NCBI GenBank assembly: GCA_977016875.1
Contig: CDRNST010000143.1
Span: 434,001-498,000, forward strand
From: Pavona decussata
Taxonomy: Eukaryota
Direction: 5' to 3'
DNA length: 64,000 nucleotides
Shown: one piece after another, positions 1 through 12,028 of the stretch
How positions within the stretch are numbered: the stretch's first letter is position 1
How the letters are laid out: every line of letters starts with the position of its first letter
The notes under the pieces: generated by a model
What the model was told of the DNA's origin: nothing
Databases searched by the model: none
Seen by the model: the letters and a program-made list of their open reading frames with translations, nothing else
Translations under genes and position numbers: made by a program

Positions 1-283
1 CAGTTGTGGGCTGATTTAAAATTCGATACAAGTCGCAGCGAGACTCCTCCAAAATTGCCTTCGGAATTTTAAGATTCCCGTGCCAGCGATAAGCGAGCTG
101 TCAGTTTCCATGGTTTTGCAGTTCACTAATTATGTTAAAATCTACTCGTGAGTACCTGCTCGAAAGTCGTTAATTATTCATTCGATGCCGAGAGAGTGCA
201 ATAAGACCGAAAACAGCGAAACGTTAATGGGAGCTGAATACTGAGCTAGGTGTTGGTAAGAATCTTTGGCATCATGGAAAAGT

Positions 284-323
284 ATGGGAGGCACTGAAAG
301 CTCCAACAAAACCATGTTTCAAG
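284..323 (+). CDS. KCNIP: KChIP alternative first coding exon A1 ([13 protein letters not shown]), N-myristoylation consensus
   Basis: ATG at 284, MGxxxS motif, phase-1 donor G|GTAAGG at 324. Joins in frame to the acceptor at 3328. Confidence 0.65.
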
Positions 324-3300
324 GTAAGGTTTGCGAAATGCGGCTGTAGCCGCAACATAAGTTTGCAAGTTTCATTGCTTACGCTTCAGGCGCACAGGAA
401 TTGTGTGGCGATTTTCCAAGACTTCGAGCAGTTTACTGTTACGGCGCAGTTTATTGCTGTTTCATTTTGAGACTGTGGCTCTTTGAAAAGTGACATTTTA
501 TAACCTAGGAACATCGAGCTAACTATATATGTACACATTTTAGTGAGGATTTCTCGAGGCTGAAGTGTTTTTTAAATCCTTCGGCTCATGAACTGTTTTT
601 TGACAGTTAGTTAATTGCCTTGGTTTTATACCTTATGAATAACAATAAAATTTTAACCCTCGGGTTCCTTGTAAATTCAACTCCCCAAGTTTGTCTCGTG
701 TCATAGTTTTCCACCATTGTTTAGGGATGGCCTTGCTGAAGGAAATTTAAACGATTCAATGGCGTTTGTTTTCAACAACAATATTGTAAAATTCTGATAT
801 CTAACAACTTCCGAGGAACGTTTATAATCACCTGTATGCAAATATAAATCTAGTACTCGACTAAAGTCATATTAAAGGTGACGGATAATTATGTCAAGGG
901 ATTTTTCATATAAATATATTTTTTAACAACATTCCGCTTGCGGGTAAATATGGCAATCTATCTAAAAAGGCTTGGTAGATCATCCTGATTCCTGCCGCTT
1001 CGACTTGAAACTTTGTCAACCTCTCCTTCGGGCAAATATATTTCTGATGCGATGCCTTTGCTTGCATGTATTAAAGAGATAACGAAAAAAAAGTCTGTGT
1101 TGGTCAAATATTTCGAAATTGAAATATATGCTATCTTCAGAATACTATTACTGTTAAACACCTTTTCAATTTTTGTTGAAGAATCCGCTCACTGCCGCTA
1201 TTTACGATTTGCTCTTATTGCAATGCCCTGGCCTCACAGCAAGCGAGCCTTTCAGAACAGCTGCAAGAGATAAAACCATGAATTTTATCTCAACTGACCA
1301 AACGAGAATGGTGGAAAATTAGAATACATGAAGAGATGAGTGAAATCCAAATCAAACCATCTCTGTAATGATGAAAGATCCTGCGGATTTCAAGACACCC
1401 TTGGACTCGCTCGATCCGCAGGTGAAACGACGGCTTGAGACACACAGTCATTATCATGATTCGATATTTGTTGAATTTCTAAAACGTCAGAAGACTCACC
1501 AGAGATTAGATCCCCAAGGCTCGAATCATGAGTTATTGCGTTTCGTGCTCGTTCCTAATTACACTTAAGGACGTTGCCTCACGATACAGAGGATTTTTAC
1601 GCTATTAATTTCATGACTCTGTCGAAAAAGCAGATTTTGGCAAGGGCTATTGAAATCCAAAAAGGAAATTGGGGATAACTACGCATTTTTCAGAGATAAG
1701 TCAAGCAACAAAAATTCTAAAAAGCTTTGAAATATAGAACAGCGTATGGTATTTTCCGTCCAAATTGAAGGTCTCTTATCTCTGAAAAATGCGTGGTTAA
1801 TCCCAGTTTTCATTTCTGCCAGATTCCAACAGCGCTCGCTAACATCTGCTTTTTCAGCGTAGTCATAAACAGCCTAAAAATACCCACGATCAAGTCGGCA
1901 ACGTTCTTAAGAAATTGGAGTTTCTCGGATCATCTCGAGATGCGCAGAACTTATGAAGCCACCTTCCTTAAATGCCTGTCAAGCCTGAACTTACGGACAG
2001 CGCCTCCGATCCGTATTGCGGACATTGTCCGGCTACAGATACCAAAATTTATATAGTGTCTCCGTAATACAAACACCCCATTATCCAGGCGTTAAAACGT
2101 TTATTTACTCTTCACTGTTCACTAGATTATTAAAACTGAACTGGGTCATTTGATTATGCAATTCCATATATATACTGGTTTGGTTGCCCAAGCTGCCATT
2201 GGTCAGCCATAAATATCCTATACACGTTCTCTTTAAATCAACCAGAGCTCACCATTTCTACAGAATACAGGGCGGTATTCCATGATTTCTCTATATACTC
2301 GTCGTATTCAGAGCGGTGTCTATGAATAAAGTGCGCCAAAACAGAAGAAAAGCGGGATATTTCGGGCGCTTTTTCCTTCGGCCAATCAGAATCTTGAAAT
2401 TATGTGGCATAGCACTCTCGAGACGCCGCGGTTGCCACGTCGATTAAAACTCCCTTGAACTGAAATGGCTTCAAATTTGTACGTTTTCGAACGAGAAAGT
2501 TCACTACTCTCGTCTTAAAAAAAAAAACATAGGAACAAAGAAGAAAAGTTAAGCTGATACAGCAAAGTTTACATCGTTCATCGCTTATAGGCAAAGCCGC
2601 ATTTTCTCTTGTCTGAGATCGCTGTGACTTTGTCCCTGCTGTATGTCCCTGATACACGTCCCTTAGATTTTGTTGCGATTTGCCGCTGTTAAATTATTGC
2701 TCGGTGAAATGTCCTTGCAACATGTCCACCCGTGTTCGGGCACCTGTAGCATTGTAGAGTGCAAAACAGTCGTTATTTTTCGTTGGTCTGCCATACGAAT
2801 GCCCGCGGTCTTCAAACAAAAGGTCAGGAGCGAGTGTACAAACTGAAAAAGTTTAATGGACGTGCATTTGTTGTTTTGGTTATTGAGCCTATCGTTTTTT
2901 TGACGTTCTCGTTGCCGTTGCTGTCGGCGTTGCTAAAGTTCCTATTCAGACAAGACGGACGGTGCAAAAGAATAAAAACCGCGGTTTTCAAAAGTTTTAA
3001 GGCCAGACCATCGTTTGAAGTCAATAGAAGGTATCATTTTCGATCGTTTTTAATCGTTTCCTTGTGTTGTGGACAGCGAACTGAATGAAAACGCATGTGG
3101 TGTTTTTAAAGATAGTCATTTACAAATGAATACAATCGAGAACGTATTTGTGGATGGTGCTTTAGTCAACCTGGAGAGTATACCTGCGATCTGTCAGCTG
3201 ACTAACAACAATATGCGGGGGGAGTTGACTTCAGTTCGTGCAACAGACGCCAAACTTTACATTGCAACCCCACTGAAATCTCCTTTCATCGTGCTTACAA

Positions 3301-6300
3301 CACTTTCAATTTCCTGGTTTCTCTACAGTAGCAAAACATTCTAGTTTATCAGTGCCCTCTGAAGAGGACAAGAGCATGTTACCAAACAAAAGCCCCACAC
3401 CAAGCAGGAAAAGTGACAGATCCGAGGGACAGCTATCCAAGTTTGCGCACCTCAAAGAAGTCGTCAGCGGTAAGGATATATGCATTGTACCTGTTCAATA
3501 ACGATTGTAAAAAGCTAATGAGGATGATTATTCAAAACGGGGATCACTAGATAAAGAGTGATTATCATTCTCTCAGTAAAGGTCTTGTTTTCATTCCTGC
3601 TATGTGTTCATTCACACCAAAGCAAACTTTATGGCGGGACCAGTTTAGACTTTCGATATCAATGAACAGCTTTTACGGGTTCATTGACTTTAAAGGTAGC
3701 AGGAGACAGCTAATCTGACCACAACTTACTACGGCAATAAAATAACAATATTTATGATATGTAATGCATGAAAGATAATGGTGATGATGACAATGGTGAC
3801 GAGTAACTGAAAAGGTGTAATATCTACAAAAGAGCAGCTCGTTGCAAAATGTAACAGTGACAGACGTTTTCTATAAATTTGAAGGCCAGTGACAACCTCG
3901 TTCCCGGGCGCTTTTCCCTTGTAAATTGCGAAAAGCACTGGGAATGACATTGGGCCAGTGAGGCCTTTGGAAACCCTATACAAACGATTTTGATTTCAAA
4001 GTTGGACAGAGGTTCTTTTCAGTTATTCCGCCTGCTGAAATAATCGTCCATGTAAACAGACCCTCACCCTTTATTGTAAGTTGTGCAAATTAAAAATAAA
4101 CGTTGATTTTTAATCAGTAATACTCCTTTCCCCTCTGGCATAGTATTGAAATTTACTATTGTGTTGTTGTTGGTTTACACTGCATACTTAAGTCTGCATC
4201 AAATCGGTAAGGCAGCGCCAGTTCCTCTTCAGCAATGAAAAAATCATTGCTGAAAAGAATGAGTCCATATGACACGCAGCTTATGCTCAGAAGAAGCNNN
4301 NNNNNNNNNNNNNNNNNNNNNNNNNNNNNNNNNNNNNNNNNNNNNNNNNNNNNNNNNNNNNNNNNNNNNNNNNNNNNNNNNNNNNNNNNNNNNNNNNNNN
4401 NNNNNNNNNNNNNNNNNNNNNNNNNNNNNNNNNNNNNNNNNNNNNNNNNNNNNNNNNNNNNNNNNNNNNNNNNNNNNNNNNNNNNNNNNNNNNNNNNNNN
4501 NNNNNNNNNNNNNNNNNNNNNNNNNNNNNNNNNNNNNNNNNNNNNNNNNNNNNNNNNNNNNNNNNNNNNNNNNNNNNNNNNNNNNNNNNNNNNNNNNNNN
4601 NNNNNNNNNNNNNNNNNNNNNNNNNNNNNNNNNNNNNNNNNNNNNNNNNNNNNNNNNNNNNNNNNNNNNNNNNNNNNNNNNNNNNNNNNNNNNNNNNNNN
4701 NNNNNNNNNNNNNNNNNNNNNNNNNNNNNNNNNNNNNNNNNNNNNNNNNNNNNNNNNNNNNNNNNNNNNNNNNNNNNNNNNNNNNNNNNNNNNNNNNNNN
4801 NNNNNNNNNNNNNNNNNNNNNNNNNNNNNNNNNNNNNNNNNNNNNNNNNNNNNNNNNNNNNNNNNNNNNNNNNNNNNNNNNNNNNNNNNNNNNNNNNNNN
4901 NNNNNNNNNNNNNNNNNNNNNNNNNNNNNNNNNNNNNNNNNNNNNNNNNNNNNNNNNNNNNNNNNNNNNNNNNNNNNNNNNNNNNNNNNNNNNNNNNNNN
5001 NNNNNNNNNNNNNNNNNNNNNNNNNNNNNNAAATTGCCAAATATTGGCCTGATAACAAAATTGCCATGTTGCCCTAGTGCCAGCCTTGAAATCAGTTTGG
5101 TTTCTTTAAGCACACATAATGCACGCCTCTTCAGCAAGAGAACTATCAGAAGTACCTGAGTATTGTTTATTGGTACCTTTGTTGTGTCGTCTCCAGGATT
5201 TAAAATGAATGAATGAATGAATGAATGAATGAATGAATGAATGAATGAATGAATGAATGAATGAATGAATGAATGAATGAATGAACTTTATTAATGTGTC
5301 AATAAAATATCTAGGAGAGGGTAAGCCTTCAGCTAATAGGGGACACCTAACTAAGTGTAACTAAGAATCTAGAAACTGTACAATGTATAAAAATTAAAAA
5401 AAGATTGAAAAATATACATATAACTATGTCTATTTAAAATATATCAAAACAGTGACAAAAGATCGAGGACAAAATAATATTGTAAACAGGAAGTCTAGGA
5501 ATTGCATATATGGCAGCCAGTGCAACCATCTTTTAAGAGGCTTGATAAATCACGCTTTCGTATAAATATTTTTATTTATTTATTTATTTATTTATTTACA
5601 GGTTAAAATTAACATAGGCCACTTTATTTTTATAGACCCAACATTCCCTCCATGTACAAAATACAATTTCGTCAGTCATACATTTTTCAAGACAGTTTTC
5701 TGTTTAGGTGCTTAGATTAATCAGCGAGAGAGAGCTGGTTCTCATTTGGCAAGGAGGTGCGCGCGTACGCGTGATCACCTGCGTGGGTCTTGCGTGTCGC
5801 GCATGCTGTTGTTGTTGTTGTTGAAAAACAATATGGCGGATTTAGTTTGCAGTATTTGTTTCCCGATTGTTTTTATGGACTTTCTTTTCTCAGAAGAGGA
5901 ACAAATTCTTTTCAAGGAGTCCGGAGAAGACGAATTTATCTTCATTCCAAGTTGTTGTGTTTTTCTTGGCGGAATTTGGTGAAAATCTGTCGGTATTTTG
6001 TAGAACACATTCCAAAGGATAACTCACCTTACCAGATTTAACCTATACACCGATTGCAGTTTGCATTTGTGGCTCAATGCGAGGCTAGCCCATCAAGAAA
6101 GACTAGGAAAAGATTTACGAGACAAATAAAATGCTTTATACTATATACTCACCGGCCGCCATTTTTGTAGTATAGTAGAAAAATACGCCATGTTCACCAT
6201 CGTTCAAATTCCCGCGCTTTCCGGCCCACGTTCCGCGCTGGAACGAGTGCACTCGGTTCTAGGTCTGGCCGGCCATTTCTGACAATTCATGGAAACGCAC

Positions 6301-9300
6301 GTTCAAATAACTACATTTGTAAAACTGGGCTTAACTAGGGAATACCTCACTCCTAAACCCGTATACCAGACAAGACGAGTGTGTCCCGTACGAGTTCTCG
6401 CGCGCTAAAATCAAATAATCAAGATGACTCAAATGAACACAAGTTGTCCAGCGGACTTTCCAAAACAGAATAGTGCCATGCGCGCTATCATCTTTGCGGT
6501 TTCACCTGTTAATATTTTCATTAACACAAAACTCGAACACTTTTGCTAAATTTCGCTCGCAAGCAGCTGGGAATGTCTTGAAACATGGGTCAAGATTTAG
6601 GCAAAACAAGCAGGCTTCTAAGTAAGAAGTCTATTAGTTTTGGAGGTTTTTTCCATGACAAAACTGAGTCACTGTTCTTGTGTGGTTTCAGGTATTCGCC
6701 GCAAAGGGGGAAGGCGAGGACAGCTTGAAACGAAGAACGATCTCGTGTCCTCTCCGGGTAAGCGAGTTTCCTTTATATCTCACCAAACGTCGGTTTACAC
6801 AGAGTATTTTATTCGGTCAAGTCAGGGCAAGATGCCGAGGTGAAGTGCAATATGAAAGGCTTTAAGGGCACTAGTCGTATTGATAAGCTTAATGCAAGCT
6901 TGCTTCTAATTTGGCTCTCTAGAAAGCATGTTTATTTAGACTTGAATACTAAGCCCCATGTTGTCTGTATTGTAAATCGGCTGGAAATGATATAAACGTA
7001 TATATTGTAGTGGTGTAAGAACTAAGTTCTTATTTTTACTTCATAAAATTGGTGATTTCTGTTACCTACATGTAGTCACTTGTTGTGAAGACGTTTGGAA
7101 TATCATGTAGGGTACCATTATAAACACATGTAGGCTGATGTAGCTAAAACAAAACACACTACACTGTAGGCTTAAGCTTAATACTTATGACTTAAGTTCT
7201 TGCATGTAAGCTTATTTTTGCTTTAAGACTTATGCACTTCTTGGAAGTTGAATGTACCCTTCAAGTTTGCACATTATACGCAAAACCTATTTAAAAAGTT
7301 TCCCAAACATTCAAATTTATAAGTGTATCAAATGTATTCAGTCCCATGTTTCATTTTGCAAAATGATGTCAAAGTAAACAACTCCACAGGCAGTTTCTTA
7401 ATAAAAGTAGCTTTCATTTGCATTTTGACACTAAGATATTTCAGCAGCCCGTGAAGATCGTGCATGTTAAGGGAGATACGCCTTTTGGAGGCAAGTCGTA
7501 ATCAGTTTTTTGACAATAGGGCAAACATGTCTTGGAAAGATTGAAATGCTACATGTATATCAAATGCTGAGATGTAAATGAATTTGAAGGATTTATACTG
7601 TACAAGTATTTGGAATGTGGAAAGTGTTAAGCCATGTTGTTAATTTTTCAATACATTTGTCTGTAAAACTGTTAGAAGCCCTAAAATGTATTGTTATTAG
7701 TACAATCCCTTATACTGTATTAAAGAAGAAGAAAAAGGTTATAGACTGTGGTAACTTATAATTCTATGATTTTTTGAGAATTCGAATTTAGTAAAAGTTA
7801 TTTGATAAAGAATAAATTTCATTTCATTTTATTTAGTGCCAATATTGTTTGTCTTGTTTCTTAAAATGATGGATTTTCTCAACAAAAACGTCTCTTAAAG
7901 TGATGCATTTAAGCTTTATACAATCTAAAGACCTTGTAAGTGAAGAATTGAAGGGATTGGAGCAGGAGAGGCATATACAGTAGTTAATGTGTATTTTAGG
8001 GCTTGAAATTGACCTACAGTGTAGAAGCTTATACAAGAATTTATTTATTTGCTTTTTTTTCCCAAAACCTGACTCCACAATGGTCTGTACGCAAGCAAGA
8101 CAGTATAATTTTCACTTGTCTGTTCTTTTAGCGTAAACAAAAGAAATCATCCAAGCATCAATTCCTCTTTTGGGTGAATTCCTTAAGTTGAAGCCTCCAG
8201 GTCAAAATCTTATAATGGAACAGGCTGTGTTTCTTACATGATACGTATATGTACATATAAACATGTATCCTGTCTGTATGCCAAACCAGAGCTGATTTGG
8301 AGCAAGTCAAATATCAAAACACATGTAAGGCGGAATAGAGATGAGGAAAAGTCAGAATAACAAGTTATTAGAAGTTTAGAAAGCAAAGAGGAGACTATTG
8401 AGAGACTTGGAGAATTTATGCATTTATATTGTGGCTAGTCCTACTTTTTAGTTATCAGTGATGTTTTAATGATAACCTTTTTTATTATCCAGCATACAGT
8501 ATCAAGGTCACATTTATTTTTATGACTTGTGCTTGATAAGATCAAAGAAATTAAAACAAAAGCAACACGAAGAACCAACCTTAGACATTACAAATACGTG
8601 TATATAGATCCTTGTCACATGTGTACTGTATGACTTGTTGTTTTAATCCGGCTGATAATGAATTTAGTGCTAATTAAACTGCATTCTCATCCACTGATAA
8701 TTAGAGAAATAAAGGATTCCATTGAAGTTATGCTAAATACATGTACATGTACAGTATTTACAGTAAAATATAACAATAATATTACAGTATATATTATATA
8801 TTATTTTTAAATATTATTTTCAGGGGGTTTTTGTGCTCAGGAGAATAAATTAAATATACCATAACATGTATCAGTTTTTTTGTATAATTTATAGTTGTTA
8901 GTAATCCTTGCTAAAACTAATTAAAAATTTTTCATAAGCATTATTTTCATATGTCCCTGTTCTGGCAAAGGGGAGATCAATTATTGTTATTATAAATTGC
9001 CTCTGTAAAATTATACTTTAAATTAAAATAATTTACATTTTCACATACAAAATGTACCTGTAAGTGTTACTACTTTCTATGTTTTCATCCATGTCAACTC
9101 TTACTGTACAAAAAAAATGTATTAGGAAAATGACATGTCATGTTTTGAATTCTGTTGTTATTTCGTAACTTTAATTTACCCCCCAAACTGCCAAACTGGA
9201 ATGCAGATAATCAAATATAATCCGACCTGTAAATTAAATTTTAATTCAAATTTCTGTTTCCTCTCTCACCTGTTAAATTCTTTAAAAAAAAAGTATGGAA

Positions 9301-11944
9301 ATCTTCAAACTAGTATCTAATATTTACTTGAGTTTGTAGATTTCCATATCGACCATTCCAGACCTGGAAAAAGTATGGAAAATAAATGTAACATCTGGAA
9401 CAAGTGCAAGAAAAATCTTGAAAACTCACCATACCTTGCCCCTGACATTACTATCTTGTGTGTGCTTTGACTCATAACTTACGTCTAGAAAAAGAAAATC
9501 ATAATGATCTGATTTTACAAAAATCTGTACATCCTTTTCACCTAAATTAATTTATTCATTTTATGCAGTTGGGGTTATTTGTAATAAGTGGTTTTCTCGT
9601 CATCCCTGAAGGTTGTATTTCCAATACCCTCATGATATTAAAGTGCCCCTAACCCTTCAATTTGTTTTCTTTTGATAGATTTCCATGTCTTTCGAGAACT
9701 CATTTTCAAAAAATTTTTTGAGAAATATTGAATCCTTTTTTTTTATGATCGCTAGAAGTGAAGGCAGTCTTCGCCTATCGTTCGCATTAGTCCCCCACTC
9801 GGCCAAATATAAAGCGTGACGTAAGAAAAGGACATTGGCAAAAATATCCGAAGATTTGCGGTAATGCTTCAATTGTAAACAGAGAAAATGGTTGAAAAAT
9901 GTGTGGGTTTTGGATGCAGCAACTCTTGAAATGTAGAGAAAGGAATCAGCATGCATAAGATTCCTGCTGAATCCTTCTGAATCCTTCTGGTGTCCTTTTC
10001 TTACGTCACAGCTAAGAAAGTGTCAAATATCGGACGCTTCTCATTGGCTCGTTCCTAATGAGCCCACGAGAAAAAAATTTGTCCAGCGGGGTTTAAAGCG
10101 CGCAAAAATTTAAAAATTTCAGTAACTTTTAGCGCTCGTAAAAAAAAAGGATTCAATATTTCTAAAAAAATTTTCGAAAATGAGTTCTTCACAGATATGG
10201 AAATCTACCAAAAGAAAACAAATTGAAGGGTTAGGGGCACTTTAACTATAAACCATCAAATGAAAAATGTAAATTTCTGAGAAAACATACATGTATTTTG
10301 ATTACTACTTCTGGCTCTTGGTGTTTAGTTTATCATCAATGCACGAAAAAACCCCTTTGCGCACATCAAATGTGTGGTCAAAGACTGTCAAAGGCCGCCT
10401 TTGATTACCTTTGATTCGAATCACAGGTGACAAAGGCCACATTTGATTCACCATGGATTCAAATTTGTTTCGAATCAAAGATATCAAATATTTGATCCAC
10501 CTTTGATGCGCGTCATAATCGGAGTCAAAGTTGTTTGATTTAAATTTGACACGCGTCAAAGGTAGAGTCAAAGTTGTTAATACATTTGAACTCACTTTTG
10601 ATTTGAGTCAAAGGTATATGCAAAGGCGTAAAATATTTGATGCGCATCAAATGTGTTGTCAAAAATGTTATTATATTTGACGTCATCTTTGATACAGATC
10701 AAAAAAAGAACAAATCCAATTTTTCGTGCAGTTATAAGCCCCAGATGTTGTGGCTATTTGGTTTTCTGAAATTGGCAATCCTTTGAGAGGTTTCTCCTTT
10801 TTAATATGACATACAGCCTGTACATGCACCAACTGTTAAATAGTTCTATAATAAAAATTATATAATTATGAGTGTTTGTCTAAATTTTTTTCTGCTTTGT
10901 CCAAAAGTCCCCTGTGCTATTACAAAGTCAGTTCTTTTTACAGTTTTATTAAACTATGATACAAAACACCAAGTAAACCTTTGTTTGTACTGTACCCAAC
11001 ACAAGGTACATGTACATCCATGTGCACAGAGTCTTCTCTTATTTCTGTACATGTATAAAGGTCTTTATTATTCCACTATTATGTCATTTCACCAAATAAG
11101 GTCAAGAGAACGTGCAAAATATGAGACCGTAATACACTGTAGTGTCCCGGTTTGACCGGTTTACAACAGAGCGAATACGGACGGAAAAGGCAGAAAAAAG
11201 GAGCAACAATGTCCGGACTGGACGAAGAATAGTTTTTGAAACGATGCAGACTCGAAAACAAGTTTCACTTGTCATTTATCTTTTCATTTTATCTAATCAA
11301 ATTAAAGACATTTAACTGGCTTTCTGTGTTGTTTACATCATTCGTACGCGCCATATACCGATGGACAGTTGATGCCGGGTGCATTTGAAAACTGTTACCA
11401 AAACAGAGAAGCCAAAATAACAAAATCTTTTTGTAGTGGAATAATAAATCTCTTATTCGATGGTTTTACATATAATACTCGCGGACATTTTGCTCATTGC
11501 TCGTATTTTTCCTCGCCCCTTCGGGGCTCGGAAAAATACTACACAACTCGCAAAATATCCGCGCGTATTATATGTAAAACCATCGAATAAGATATATGTA
11601 TACATCCTTACATTGCACATAAATTTACAGTATGTTGGCTATCCATACTGTTTGAAATAATGACGCATGTACAGTACAGTACAGTATCTTCTCTCATCAA
11701 CCTGTGCAATCATCCTGTGATCACTTACTTTTACAAATACCGAATGTTTCAACAGCCACCTATGGCCAACAAGCTTTTTCTTTTTATGCTCCGAAGCTCT
11801 GGAATAGTTTACCTATTCTATAAAGTACCGACCGGTAGTCTGAAACTTATCTTTTTTGTCATCATTTTTAACCTTACAGTAGTTATAATGTTTTTAGTCA
11901 TTATTGCAAGTGTGTTGAGATTTTTAAACTTGCAGACAAGGACT

Positions 11945-12028
<84 letters not shown>

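Noticed and set aside
1368-1568. 66-aa [11 protein letters not shown]...
   Set aside because: No recognisable motif or convincing splice signals; lies in the predicted first KChIP intron.
4156-5159. 280-303 aa ORFs on both strands
   Set aside because: They are poly-X translations of an N-gap; the same applies to ORFs at 36343-37598 and 39718-40311.
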